Positions 8,478-18,671 of a stretch of 42,353 bases of DNA are shown one piece after another. Positions within the stretch are counted from its first letter, which is position 1, and each line of letters starts with the position of its first letter. The DNA lies in the NCBI GenBank assembly GCA_044345055.1, contig JBIJBT010000014.1, positions 1 to 42,353 on the forward strand, in the 5' to 3' direction. The notes under the pieces are model-generated. The model was given only the letters and a program-made list of their open reading frames with translations, was not told where the DNA came from and did no database searches. The stretch is from Bdellovibrionota bacterium (GTDB lineage Bacteria > Bdellovibrionota_C > UBA2361 > OMIW01). The position numbers and the translations under genes were made by a program.

Positions 8478-9371
8478 TTATTTTAACCCCACCTCCCGCT
8501 GCAATCTCAGAAGATATTGCCCGTAGCTATTTTTCTCCATTCCCTTGCCGAGGCGACCGAGGTCCTCTGCGGAGATATAGCCGAGGCGGAACGCTATCTC
8601 CTCGGGGCAAGCTATCATCAATCCCTGTCGCTGCTCGATTGATTGGACAAATACCGATGCCTGAATTAGAGAATCGAAGGTGCCTGTATCGAACCACGCG
8701 ACTCCTCGACCGAGCCGCTCAACATGGAGAGCTCTGCGGGCGAGATACCACCGATTCACATCGGTGATTTCGAGCTCGCCTCGGGGTGAAGGAGCAAGCT
8801 GTTTTGCGACATCAACTACCTGATTGTCGTAGAAGTATAGCCCCGTGACTGCGCAATGGGAGCGCGGGTTCGTTGGCTTTTCGACAATATCGATCGGCAT
8901 TCCTGCATCGTCAAATTCGACAACCCCATACCGTTCGGGGTCTAGCACCTCGTAGCCGAATACAACCGCTCCGTCGCGCCGCTCATTGGCTGCGCGAAAT
9001 TGGTCTGGCAATCCGTGTCCATAAAAAAGATTGTCACCAAGAGCGAGAGCGCAGGGACCATTATCGATGAACTTCTCGCCGATGATGAAGGACTGGGCAA
9101 GGCCATCAGGACTCGGCTGCACCGCGTAAGTAATAGAAATCCCCCACTGACTCCCATCGCCCAAAAGTGATTGAAATCCAGACTGTTCGTGCGGCGTCGT
9201 AATTATCAGGATATCACGCATGCCCGCCAACATAAGGCAGGTTAGTGGAAAGTAGATCATCGGCTTATTGTAGACGGGCAAAAGCTGTTTGCTCATTCCC
9301 CGAGTCACGGGATGAAGTCGTGTACCCGTTCCGCCGGCTAGAATAATTCCTTTTCGGGGCTGTTGTTGCAT
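8478..9371 (-). CDS. rfbA: Glucose-1-phosphate thymidylyltransferase
   Basis: [52 protein letters not shown]. Confidence 0.97.
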   Translation of the reverse strand: MQQQPRKGIILAGGTGTRLHPVTRGMSKQLLPVYNKPMIYFPLTCLMLAGMRDILIITTPHEQSGFQSLLGDGSQWGISITYAVQPSPDGLAQSFIIGEKFIDNGPCALALGDNLFYGHGLPDQFRAANERRDGAVVFGYEVLDPERYGVVEFDDAGMPIDIVEKPTNPRSHCAVTGLYFYDNQVVDVAKQLAPSPRGELEITDVNRWYLARRALHVERLGRGVAWFDTGTFDSLIQASVFVQSIEQRQGLMIACPEEIAFRLGYISAEDLGRLGKGMEKNSYGQYLLRLQREVGLK

Positions 9372-9551
9372 GGTCGCTCCTCTACATCTTCTTCGAAAAC
9401 AGCTCTTGGCTCTTCGCCGAAAGAGGGTGATCTTTGTCTCAATCGGAGATATACTGCTGGAATTAATCAGAAAGAGCTAGCCTCTCGAAAATCCGAGTGG
9501 TCGCATTATCCTAACTATTCTCAACGCCTCTTTTAATTTGGATGAGCTATC

Positions 9552-9803
9552 ATGGTCCATCGCAACACCCCCGATGAGGGATACGAGCTTGAATGTGCTC
9601 ACACGAATTTTTCCGTCATCGTTACTCTTCCGCTACTTCTGCTAAGTATCCCCGTCATGGCGATTGTATCGCCCTCTTGGGGCCTTTTTTTCATGATAGG
9701 ATGCTTCACAGCAATGAGCCTCTGGTTCGCCTTTCAGGATTATGAGGGTGAAGAAATTCGGTATATCTGTTGCGATGATCCGGAGTGTTGCAGCGGGGAG
9801 TAG
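9552..9803 (+). CDS. Small hypothetical membrane protein
   Basis: Two hydrophobic segments and a Cys-rich acidic C-terminus (ICCDDPECCSGE). Confidence 0.5.
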   Translation: MVHRNTPDEGYELECAHTNFSVIVTLPLLLLSIPVMAIVSPSWGLFFMIGCFTAMSLWFAFQDYEGEEIRYICCDDPECCSGE

Positions 9804-9840
9804 CTCTTCCATCGCTCATGGTGACGAGCTTGCTAACGGC

Positions 9841-9900
9841 CGCGATGCAATCCTCAGCGACCTAATACTCAGCGATGTAATCTTCCCAGATGCAATCTCC
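9841..9900 (+). repeat. Degenerate 15-bp tandem repeat x4
   Basis: cgcgatgcaatcctc / agcgacctaatactc / agcgatgtaatcttc / ccagatgcaatctcc. Confidence 0.6.
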
Positions 9901-10099
9901 ACCTCCTCTCAAACAGCGGCCGCTAAAGAAGAAAGGAGCCAAGCAGAGGCCTCCGAAGCAGCGCTCAAAAAGTGACTTGCCTGAGAAAATGTGTCCGACC
10001 TGCAATCGGCCATTCACCTGGCGGAAAAAGTGGGAGCGATGCTGGGAATTGGTTAGATATTGTAGTGAGCGGTGTCGAAGGGAGCGGCGAGCTGAGTAA
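9890..10099 (+). CDS. DUF2256-domain small Zn-binding protein
   Basis: [38 protein letters not shown]. Confidence 0.9.
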   Translation: MQSPPPLKQRPLKKKGAKQRPPKQRSKSDLPEKMCPTCNRPFTWRKKWERCWELVRYCSERCRRERRAE

Positions 10100-10155
10100 T
10101 AGAGCAGAGTCTTCGAGGAAAGTCTTCGAGCGGAGTAGTATAGGGCGAGGGGTCG

Positions 10156-10359
10156 CTATTCATTCTTAAACAATCTCTCCGCCCTAGGCTCTTTAGAAGC
10201 ACCACTACACCCTTTTCCCTGACAACCACATCCTCTGCCAGTCCCTAAACCCTTCACTGCTGTCTTGGCTCCCGAACGAGCTCCTAAAGTGCACCGAAAC
10301 AGATACATAGCGGCTGCTGCGACCGCTCCAAAAGCAATCGCGTTAAGAAGAACTTCCAT
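10156..10359 (-). CDS. FeoB-associated Cys-rich membrane protein
   Basis: Directly after feoB; N-terminal TM helix and GCGCQGKGC motif. Confidence 0.7.
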   Translation of the reverse strand: MEVLLNAIAFGAVAAAAMYLFRCTLGARSGAKTAVKGLGTGRGCGCQGKGCSGASKEPRAERLFKNE

Positions 10360-10360
10360 A

Positions 10361-12301
10361 CTACGATCCTAATCGGACAACGGCGGCAGCTGCAATCCAC
10401 GCCCCGCCCCAAGCAAGCGCGGTCATGTAAACGAACATAACAATCGGCCATCGCCACGTCCCTGTTTCGCGCCGCACAACCGCGAGGGTTGACATACACT
10501 GGCAAGCAAACACAAAAAATACTAACGCAGCAACCGCAGCAGGAAATGTGAGTATCTGTTGATCGCGGATAAGTACTGCCACGTTTTGAGCATCACCCTC
10601 TGCTGATGCAGAAACATTCAAAATTGTACCGAGAGCACTCACGAACACCTCTCGCGCCGCAAAAGAGCAGATAAGAGCAACGCACACCTCCCACGAGAAC
10701 CCAAGCGGCGCAAAAAGTGGCTCAATCATCCGGCCGACCATGCCGGCATAGCTCTGCTCTATGGTGTCTCCCGGGAATGAAGCGAGTGCCCAGAGAACGA
10801 TGGACGAAGCTAGAATAACGGGACCAGTGCTTCGTAGAAAAAAGAGAACCCGATCAACAGCCGATACGACAGCAGCCCGCAGCGAGGGAAGACGAAGTGG
10901 TGGCATCTCCATAACGAATACCGAGGATTCGCCTCTTAGGAAGAATCGGCTAAAAATCCACGCAACGGCCGCCGCACCAACAATACCGAGACCATATAGA
11001 GAAAATAGAACAAGTCCACGGAGGGATAAGAATCCGCCAATATATTGCTCAGGGAAAAAAGCTGAGATAAGGAGCGCATATACTGGCAAACGGGCGCTAC
11101 AGCTCATCAGTGGAGCAACGAGTATCGTTAGCAATCGATCTTTTGATGAGCCGATGACGCGGGTCGCCATGATTCCCGGAATAGCGCAGGCAAAAGAGCT
11201 AAGCAGAGGAATAAACGATCTTCCTTGCAACCCCACTCTACGCAACACGGTGTCCATTAAAAATGCGGCTCGAACGAGGTATCCACTCTCCTCGAGGAGC
11301 GATAGAAGGAGAAAGAGAAGACCTATCTGAGGAAGGAACACCAACACGCTCCCCAGCCCGGCTATTACTCCATCAACCAAGAGACTTCTGAGAAGCCCGT
11401 CCGGCAATAGTGCACCCACGGCTTCTCCGGACCACGTTACCGCCGCCTCGACGAGATCCATCGGAAGTGCTGCAAGGGAAAATACCGCCTGAAAGAGAAG
11501 CGCCATCACCCCAATAAAAACCGCGATTCCCCACCAGCCGTGGGTCAAAAGTGCGTCGAGTGAATCGAGATTTTTATCGCCCTGCGATGAGGAACGAACA
11601 AGACACCCTTCCAGGAGCTCCTCGATTCGGGCATACCGTCTTGCTGACTCTTCTGAAGATGAAGAAGACGATGAGTCAGAAGAGGAGGCAACGAGCGAAT
11701 CTTTATTGGCCCGATCTTTTTCGGCGAGTGATTCCAACTGTTCCGCTGATTTTCCAAGCTCGATAACCTGCTGCATCGCTTTACCGAGCAGCTCATGAGA
11801 TTCACGGGGCCGGTCTCGCTTTATCGGTATGATGGGAACAGAGAGCCGTTGTTGAAGCAGTGGAAATCGGACCCGCTCGCCCCGCTTTTCGAGGATATCC
11901 ATCATCGTCACGGCGATCACGACCGGTAGCTTTCGGTCAATCAGCTCGGTCGCAAGATAAAGCCCTCGCTCGAGCATCGTAGCGTCAATAACTACTAAAA
12001 CCACCTCAGGCGGCTTTTCACCGAATTCTCCCTGAACCGCTGCGACCGCGACACGTTCATCAATTGAATAGTCTTCGAGGCAATAGATACCGGGCAAATC
12101 GGCGATGCTATACCGATGCCCTCCGAGCGAAACCTCACCCACACGACGCTCTACCGTAACGCCCGGATAATTTCCCACCTTATACCGAAGGCCGGTGAGT
12201 GCATTGAAAAGACTGGTTTTTCCGCTATTTGGATTGCCGATCAGAACAACATGGATTGGAACGTTGAGCGATTGATGATTTCGTTCTCGAGTCGGTTGCA
12301 C
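10361..12301 (-). CDS. feoB: Ferrous iron transport protein B
   Basis: GNPNSGKT, GNYPGVTVE, DLPGIY, LEESGY..RAAF, FACAIPGIMATR, MSCSARLPVY, QCMSTLAV. Confidence 0.97.
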   Translation of the reverse strand: MQPTRERNHQSLNVPIHVVLIGNPNSGKTSLFNALTGLRYKVGNYPGVTVERRVGEVSLGGHRYSIADLPGIYCLEDYSIDERVAVAAVQGEFGEKPPEVVLVVIDATMLERGLYLATELIDRKLPVVIAVTMMDILEKRGERVRFPLLQQRLSVPIIPIKRDRPRESHELLGKAMQQVIELGKSAEQLESLAEKDRANKDSLVASSSDSSSSSSSEESARRYARIEELLEGCLVRSSSQGDKNLDSLDALLTHGWWGIAVFIGVMALLFQAVFSLAALPMDLVEAAVTWSGEAVGALLPDGLLRSLLVDGVIAGLGSVLVFLPQIGLLFLLLSLLEESGYLVRAAFLMDTVLRRVGLQGRSFIPLLSSFACAIPGIMATRVIGSSKDRLLTILVAPLMSCSARLPVYALLISAFFPEQYIGGFLSLRGLVLFSLYGLGIVGAAAVAWIFSRFFLRGESSVFVMEMPPLRLPSLRAAVVSAVDRVLFFLRSTGPVILASSIVLWALASFPGDTIEQSYAGMVGRMIEPLFAPLGFSWEVCVALICSFAAREVFVSALGTILNVSASAEGDAQNVAVLIRDQQILTFPAAVAALVFFVFACQCMSTLAVVRRETGTWRWPIVMFVYMTALAWGGAWIAAAAVVRLGS

Positions 12302-12386
12302 AACAGCTATCGCAGGGATTTAGGAAATGTTGATGGTATTATTTAAACGAAATTAGCAGATTCTGTCCTATTCCAATGATTCGATA

Positions 12387-12695
12387 TTACTGAAGAATAA
12401 CCCCAATTTTTCTTTCACCATCAACAGGGCGAATCCTCACTAGCTCTGCTTCGGAAAAACGAAGCGCCACCCGAATCCCGCGAACCGAAACCACAACCGG
12501 CCCTTGAAACGGAGAGCGCCGCATCACTTCAAGAGGGGTATTTGGAACAAATCCAAGCGCTCGAAGTTTAGCGCCGACTGCTCCACGATCATCACAGATT
12601 CGCTCGATTATCGCGTGGCCGTGCTCCGGAAGATCGCTGACGGAGAGCTCTGGTGACAAAACGCTAGTGGTGAGGGAATGCGCTGGTGAGGCCAT
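12387..12695 (-). CDS. feoA: Ferrous iron transport protein A
   Basis: KLRALGFVPNT...RRSPFQGP...RVALRFSEA; upstream of feoB; start re-placed to ATG 12695. Confidence 0.9.
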   Translation of the reverse strand: MASPAHSLTTSVLSPELSVSDLPEHGHAIIERICDDRGAVGAKLRALGFVPNTPLEVMRRSPFQGPVVVSVRGIRVALRFSEAELVRIRPVDGERKIGVILQ

Positions 12696-12707
12696 ATCGA
12701 GCAGCTC

Positions 12708-12856
12708 AAAAAAACAAAACTGAGTGTCAATCTCGCTCCTTCGCTGAGGCATTACGGCCCCCAAGAACGGCTGACGTCGGCACTCTACCACACCTTGCAT
12801 GGCAACCCAAGAGCCTCCGTGGGTCGCCTTATAAAAGTTTGGTGTGGCGAAGAAGG
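12708..12856 (-). ncRNA. Candidate structured cis-regulatory leader (attenuator/riboswitch) of feoAB
   Basis: Nested stems CUUCUUCGC/GCGAAGGAG, CCACACC/GGUGUGG, GGCGACCCA/UGGGUUGCC; alternative stem GAGUGCCGA/UUGACACUC followed by a U tract. Confidence 0.45.
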
Positions 12857-12953
12857 GAATGAGCTACAGCTACAAGAACGCTGTCTCATTTTGGCAACAG
12901 CCAGCCCCGCTTCAAACTCCCGCTTTGCCGACTGCGCCATATTCTGCGACGCC

Positions 12954-14843
12954 TTAATCAGCCAAAATGCTTGCATCAATATCGGTCTCAGCTCTTGCTT
13001 TTATCGTGTTAAGTACCGACGAAAGTACCAAAGAGCCCTCTTGAGTCTTAAGCTCGCTCCGAACCGAGGCCAGCTTCTTTTCTAACTCTTCAGCGGTCGG
13101 CTCCAATATAGCGGAGACCTGCGCAACCACCCACTTTCCACCTGATTTTGTGGCCTTGTTAAGGGTGGCACCCTCGACTCCCGATCGAATCAGCTCTTCT
13201 CGGATCTCGGTATCCCGCAATAATCCATCACCTCCAGAAGCCTTGGTAATCCCAACCTCTCGGGCTACGGAAACCCCAAGCGATGAACCGACCTCTGAAA
13301 GCGTTCCGGCACCACTTCGTACCTTTTCAAGAAGCTCAGCTGCCCGCTGTTCCGCCTTTTTATCAGCCTCGCCCTCACGAAACGCTGCAGCAACCCGCTC
13401 CCGAATTTCATCAATAGGGGGAACTAACCGCTCCCGATGATCGACCACCTCAACAAGAGCAAATCGCTCGCCAAGCTCTATCAGCTGACGCGGCTCAGCG
13501 ATGGTCGCGATGACCTGCGCGGTCAACCCCTTCGTGTCCACCGACGGGTCGGATGCAGCACCCAAGAGACCCTCAGTTGCTACGATAGAGATCCCCTTCT
13601 CCTTCACAAAATCGGATAGCGAGAGTGTCCCGCTCGTCCAATCACCGAAGAGAGTCTCCGCCTCGTGGGAGAGGTACCCCGGGACCTCCTCTTTTTTCAA
13701 CTCAGCGATTATCTCACCCTCGACCTCTTTTAGAGGTTTTACCTGATCGGCCTGAAAATCGCTCAGCCGAACAATTGAAACTCCCGAATCACTCTTAACG
13801 ACTTGCGGCTCAAAAGATGGCTCATCTCGAAAGATCGCCTCATCGAACTCCTTGCCTAAAGTGCCCGCAACAACCCACCCCAGATCGCCACCCTCATTCT
13901 TAGTCTTTTCATCCATCGAGCTCTTCTTTGCGAGCTCAGCAAATGAGGCCCCACCGCTGAGCTCTTTGAGCAAACTATCCGCTTGCGCCGCCACCCCCTG
14001 CTTTGCCGCATCATCAGCGTTTTTTGGGTAGTTGAGCTTAATGATACTCACCCGAGCTTTATCGGGGAGTTGATACCTCGTCCTGTGCCCCTCATAAAAA
14101 TCCTCAACAGCCTCCCGCTCTACCGAAATCGAGCTCTCTACGCGGGCCGCATCAATTAGGGCGTAGCGATAGGAAACCTTTTCGGGCTCCTCAAAGGTCA
14201 TCTTTTGGGCTTCGTAAAAAGATGACACCTGCTCGACAGTTGGAGCAGGCACCTCCGAAACGAGCTGCTTCGGATCGATAGCAGCCACTTCAATCGAAAA
14301 GGTTGCAAGCTCCTCTCTCGATTTTGCCCGAACGAGCGAATCAGACGGTAGTGCGACATCAGAAAAAAGGGACGAAACCCTTCGCCTCAAAAGGTCGCGC
14401 CTCACCTTCTCCTCAAACGCCGGAGCCGACAATCCTAGCTGAGCAAGAACCCCTTCATACTGCTCAATCCGTCCATTCATGAGCTCAGTAATCTCGGTCG
14501 CGACATCGCTATTTGAAACGGTCATCCCTAGCTCTTTCCCGAGCTGCGTCATTATCAGACCGACTATCATGTTGTCAGCGACCCGCTGCGACAGATTTAT
14601 GCCGAGCGATCGCAACAGATTTTGATACTCTCCTCCGAGCTGCGAACGGAATCGATCCTCGAGCTGACGTCGCTCGCGATAAAACTCCTCAAATGATACC
14701 TGTTCTTCATTGACCCGCACCGCGTAACGAGTTGCTTTACCTGAACCGAAATTCACGCCAAAGCCGATCATACTCGTCGCTATCATCGCGATGGCGATCA
14801 CCCCGAAGACCGTTTTATGAAATTTCCGCAGCTCTCTCATCAT
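12954..14843 (-). CDS. ppiD: PpiD-like periplasmic chaperone / peptidyl-prolyl isomerase (SurA N-terminal plus rotamase domain)
   Basis: N-terminal TM, AVRVNEEQVS, SFAELAKKSSMD...GGDLGW, EFDEAIF. Confidence 0.85.
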   Translation of the reverse strand: MMRELRKFHKTVFGVIAIAMIATSMIGFGVNFGSGKATRYAVRVNEEQVSFEEFYRERRQLEDRFRSQLGGEYQNLLRSLGINLSQRVADNMIVGLIMTQLGKELGMTVSNSDVATEITELMNGRIEQYEGVLAQLGLSAPAFEEKVRRDLLRRRVSSLFSDVALPSDSLVRAKSREELATFSIEVAAIDPKQLVSEVPAPTVEQVSSFYEAQKMTFEEPEKVSYRYALIDAARVESSISVEREAVEDFYEGHRTRYQLPDKARVSIIKLNYPKNADDAAKQGVAAQADSLLKELSGGASFAELAKKSSMDEKTKNEGGDLGWVVAGTLGKEFDEAIFRDEPSFEPQVVKSDSGVSIVRLSDFQADQVKPLKEVEGEIIAELKKEEVPGYLSHEAETLFGDWTSGTLSLSDFVKEKGISIVATEGLLGAASDPSVDTKGLTAQVIATIAEPRQLIELGERFALVEVVDHRERLVPPIDEIRERVAAAFREGEADKKAEQRAAELLEKVRSGAGTLSEVGSSLGVSVAREVGITKASGGDGLLRDTEIREELIRSGVEGATLNKATKSGGKWVVAQVSAILEPTAEELEKKLASVRSELKTQEGSLVLSSVLNTIKARAETDIDASILAD

Positions 14844-14970
14844 CTTTGGGCCATTAGTTTATATTTAGCCTCGTCGCTATCACGGGAAAGTCGGCTCGGC
14901 TTAATCCGACTTATACTATTTATATTGTAGCTATTGGCGAGTTTATCGCTCTCGACGAGTTCATCGCGCC

Positions 14971-15246
14971 TCACCGGACGCTGCCGAGAAGCTGTTCGAG
15001 CGATTCACCCCGTCCCTGCTCAGCTACCCACGGCATCGTCCTGCCGAGATCAGCAAGTACCGAGGCAACATCATCGCGCTGATCCTCGGTGGTCACAACC
15101 ACCATTACTGAGCCCTCTTTATCGTGGGTACGCACTAACGCTAGCCCCTCGTAACTCTCTAGCACTGCCTGGACGAGAGCAACAAAAGGCTCCGGAATTC
15201 GAAGCCTCACATACGACATGCCATCCTGATTATCCCAGCAAAGCAT
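14971..15246 (-). CDS. DUF4911-domain protein
   Basis: AVLESYEGLALVRTHD motif; follows gatB. Confidence 0.75.
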   Translation of the reverse strand: MLCWDNQDGMSYVRLRIPEPFVALVQAVLESYEGLALVRTHDKEGSVMVVVTTEDQRDDVASVLADLGRTMPWVAEQGRGESLEQLLGSVR

Positions 15247-15309
15247 ATCTTACCTCCTCACCCGATTATTCAATTCCACAACTCGCGTTACTATCTCGCT
15301 TCTCCTTGC

Positions 15310-16755
15310 TCACCCAGCGACGCGCCGCTTGAGTGCCTCCTGCAGAAGGCGATTTACGACCGTTGGATTTGCCATACCCTTGGTTGCCTTCATGCACTGC
15401 CCCACGAAGAATGGGAAGAGCCGCTCGTTTCCACCGAGATACTGCGAGAGCTGTGTTTGGTTTGTGTTGAGCACCTCCTCGATCAGCTTCGCAATCTCCC
15501 CCTCATCGGAGTTTTGCCGCAGCCCCTTCTCTTCGATAATCGCTCCTGCGGATTTTCCAGAGCTCCACATCTCTTCAAAGACAGATTTCGCTATCTTCCC
15601 CGAGATAATCCCCTCTTCAATCAATAAAACTAACTCTCCAAGACGCGCAGCACTCACCGCCGCTTCCTCTATCCCAAGACCATCCCGCTTGAGCGCACCG
15701 AACAGCTCCGTGGTAACCCAGTTTGCCGCTATTTTTGGATTTTTCCCCGCAGCAACAACTCCGAGATAGTAATCAACGGTTGCGCGCTCAGCCGTTAGGA
15801 CCTCTGCATCATATTCGGACAATCCATATTCGTTGACGAGCTTTCGTCGAAGGTCAGCGGGGAGAGCTGGCATCGATTCCCGAATTCGGGCGATCCATTC
15901 CTCTTCAACAACCACCGGAGGCAGATCTGGGTCAGGAAAATAGCGATAATCAGCTGATTCCTCTTTGCCCCGCATACTCCGAGTCGTACCAGAAGCGCTA
16001 TCAAATAGAAGCGTTTCCTGAACAATTACTCCACCACCCCGCAGCACCGATTGTTGCCGCGCGATTTCATACTCAAGTGCTCGCTCAACGAACTTGAAGG
16101 AATTAAGATTCTTTATCTCTGTCCTCGTACCATACGACTCTTGACCGATTGGACGGAGCGAAATGTTCGCATCGCACCGCAAACTTCCCTCCTCCATATT
16201 CCCATCGCTTACCCCCAAGAAACGCACGATCTGACGCATTGTTCGGAGATACTCGGCAGCCTCTGCGGGGGAGCGAAGGTCAGGCTCTGTCACCACCTCG
16301 AGCAACGGAACTCCTGCTCTATTAAGATCAACAAGGGACGATTCAGTGCGAGGATCGTGAATATTTTTCCCCGCATCCTCCTCCATGTGAATTCGCTTCA
16401 GCCGAATAGTGCGCCGCTGCCCCGTGCTAAGCTTAATCTCAACGGTACCATCTTCGCAGATCGGCTCGTCGTACTGAGAAATCTGATATCCCTTCGGAAG
16501 ATCGGGATAGTAGTAGTGCTTCCGCGCGAAACGACTAAAGCGGCGAATCCGACAATCTGTCGCAATCCCCATCATAATCGCAGCCTCGATGACCTTCTCG
16601 TTTGCAACTGGCAAGGTCCCTGGGAGCGCCAAAGTCAACGGATCAACATACTCGTTTGGATACCCACCGTACGCCGCCGATGCTCCACAAAAAATCTTCG
16701 ACTGCGTCGCAAGCTGAACATGGGTTTCAAGCCCAATAACTACCTCAAATTCCAT
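15310..16755 (-). CDS. gatB: Asp/Glu-tRNA amidotransferase subunit B
   Basis: FEVVIGLETHVQL, YYPDLPKGYQISQ, HMEEDAGK, GSLRCDANIS, DYRYFPDPDLPP. Confidence 0.98.
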   Translation of the reverse strand: MEFEVVIGLETHVQLATQSKIFCGASAAYGGYPNEYVDPLTLALPGTLPVANEKVIEAAIMMGIATDCRIRRFSRFARKHYYYPDLPKGYQISQYDEPICEDGTVEIKLSTGQRRTIRLKRIHMEEDAGKNIHDPRTESSLVDLNRAGVPLLEVVTEPDLRSPAEAAEYLRTMRQIVRFLGVSDGNMEEGSLRCDANISLRPIGQESYGTRTEIKNLNSFKFVERALEYEIARQQSVLRGGGVIVQETLLFDSASGTTRSMRGKEESADYRYFPDPDLPPVVVEEEWIARIRESMPALPADLRRKLVNEYGLSEYDAEVLTAERATVDYYLGVVAAGKNPKIAANWVTTELFGALKRDGLGIEEAAVSAARLGELVLLIEEGIISGKIAKSVFEEMWSSGKSAGAIIEEKGLRQNSDEGEIAKLIEEVLNTNQTQLSQYLGGNERLFPFFVGQCMKATKGMANPTVVNRLLQEALKRRVAG

Positions 16756-16825
16756 AACCGATCTCCTCATCCGAGCTAGTAAGCTCTAAAGAAATTCGCA
16801 CTCTCATGAACCCAATATTGTGGCT

Positions 16826-18301
16826 CTACTCAATCCCTGCGGGCACTCGTCGAGCCGATGGATCGGCTTGCTCATACGCCGCAGCAGCCGCGAAAAGCGT
16901 CTCCTCATCAAAGGGTCGCCCTATAAACTGAACTCCGATCGGCAGTCCCGCCTGGTCAAAACCACACGGCACACTCATCCCCGGTAAACCTGCAAGATTA
17001 ACAGGAATCGTGAATATATCGTTGAGATACATCGCGAGAGGATCGGCGGTCTTTTCGTTGAATTTAAACGCCGTAGTTGGCGATGTAGGAGCGATAATAA
17101 GATCACAATGATCCCGAAACGCATCGCTGAAATCGCGCGCTATCAAGGTTCTTGTTTTTTGTGCTTTCAGATAATAGGCATCGTAGTATCCTGATGAGAG
17201 TACGAATGAGCCTATAACGATACGGCGCTTCACCTCTTTTCCGAACCCCTCGGAGCGGGTTTTTCGATACACTTCAGTTAGCCCCTTCGCCTCAGGCGAA
17301 CGGTGCCCGTAACGAATACCATCGTACCGCGCCAAATTCGATGATGCCTCCGCCGGCGCTAGGACGTAGTACACCGCAAGCCCAACCTCAGAATGCGGCA
17401 ACGAAATCTCAACCGGAATCGCTCCCTGAGCCTCAAGAGTCGCCGCCACTCGCAGCACCGCCTCTTTAACCTCGGGCGATAGCCCCGAGACAAAATACTC
17501 TTTCGGAATACCGATCCGAAGCCCCTTTACAGAGCGGCCACATGCAGCGGAAAAATCAGGAACCGTCCGAGCCGAGGAGGTCGCATCGTGGGGATCGCGC
17601 CCCGACAAAATAGTCGAAAGGACCGCGCAATCGGCTACTGTTCGGGTCATCGGCCCGACCTGATCGAGCGATGAAGCATAAGCTACCACTCCGTACCGAC
17701 TCACCCGTCCATAGGTTGGCTTCATCCCGACGATACCGCAGAGCGATGCGGGCTGCCGAATCGATCCCCCAGTATCCGTTCCCAGAGCTGCAGGCGCGAG
17801 ACGCGCCGCTACAGCTGCTGCCGATCCGCCACTCGAGCCCCCCGGCACCCGCTCCCTATCCCACGGATTTTTAACCGGACCAAAGTAAGAGGTCTCGTTC
17901 GATGAACCCATCGCAAATTCATCAAGATTTGTTTTGCCGACGATCACCGCTCCCGCTTCTCGCAATTTCGTTACCACAGTTGCGTCGTAGGGTGGAACAA
18001 AGTTCGAGAGAATCTTGCTCGCCGCAGTTGTGCGAACCCCTTTCGTTAAAATGAGATCCTTAACCGCTATCGGCACTCCTAGCAGCGGCGCCCGACCGCC
18101 ACGCGCGCGCTCAGCATCTGCCTCAGCCGCCTCAGCAAGCGCCCGCTCCCGAGGCACCTCAATAAACGCATTCAGATCGCGATGCGCCTCAATCCGATCG
18201 AGAAAATAGCTTGTCACCTCAACCGACGAGGCCTCGCCGGAAGCGATAAGCCTCGCTGCATCGACAACCGATAATTCAGGGGAAAGAGTTCCAGACATCA
18301 C
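16826..18301 (-). CDS. gatA: Asp/Glu-tRNA amidotransferase subunit A
   Basis: [53 protein letters not shown]. Confidence 0.98.
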   Translation of the reverse strand: MMSGTLSPELSVVDAARLIASGEASSVEVTSYFLDRIEAHRDLNAFIEVPRERALAEAAEADAERARGGRAPLLGVPIAVKDLILTKGVRTTAASKILSNFVPPYDATVVTKLREAGAVIVGKTNLDEFAMGSSNETSYFGPVKNPWDRERVPGGSSGGSAAAVAARLAPAALGTDTGGSIRQPASLCGIVGMKPTYGRVSRYGVVAYASSLDQVGPMTRTVADCAVLSTILSGRDPHDATSSARTVPDFSAACGRSVKGLRIGIPKEYFVSGLSPEVKEAVLRVAATLEAQGAIPVEISLPHSEVGLAVYYVLAPAEASSNLARYDGIRYGHRSPEAKGLTEVYRKTRSEGFGKEVKRRIVIGSFVLSSGYYDAYYLKAQKTRTLIARDFSDAFRDHCDLIIAPTSPTTAFKFNEKTADPLAMYLNDIFTIPVNLAGLPGMSVPCGFDQAGLPIGVQFIGRPFDEETLFAAAAAYEQADPSARRVPAGIE

Positions 18302-18352
18302 ACTGCCCTTCTAGATAATTAGGAAATTTTTCGGGACTACTAGGGAAAAGAG

Positions 18353-18658
18353 CTATCCCTCAATAATCAGCGGCACCCGGATATATCGCCCCGAAGAGTC
18401 GGGAGCCTGCCCAAGAACATCACCAATCGGCAGATGCTCACCGATGCGATCCTCCCGGAACACATTGAGCGCCTCAGAGGCATGACTCGTCGCATCGACA
18501 TCAGCGACATTTACTGACTGAAGAATATCAACGTGGCCCAGTATCTTCTCTAACTCCGATCTCAGGTGAGCTATATCCTCAGAGAGAGGGTCAAGAGCGC
18601 TCAGTTTGACCAGTTTTTCGACAGCTTCAGCAGAGAGGGGATGAGATTTTTCGGACAC
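18353..18658 (-). CDS. gatC: Asp/Glu-tRNA amidotransferase subunit C
   Basis: VEKLVKLSAL, ILGHVDIL, NVFRED, YIRVPLII; GTG start at 18658 after AGGAA. Confidence 0.9.
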   Translation of the reverse strand: MSEKSHPLSAEAVEKLVKLSALDPLSEDIAHLRSELEKILGHVDILQSVNVADVDATSHASEALNVFREDRIGEHLPIGDVLGQAPDSSGRYIRVPLIIEG

Positions 18659-18671
18659 GTGAGAGTTCCTT

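Noticed and set aside
11640..11700. Ser-rich stretch in FeoB as a contingency repeat
   Set aside because: Codons are mixed, so it looks like an ordinary low-complexity linker
12696..12800. N-terminal extension of feoA in the ORF track
   Set aside because: It runs through the structured leader and U tract; FeoA similarity begins only after ATG 12695
12716..12900. NiCo (czcD) riboswitch suggested by AACTGAG and GGCAACAG
   Set aside because: These motifs are on the strand opposite feoA, too far apart, and the CAGGC/GCCGGGC core is missing
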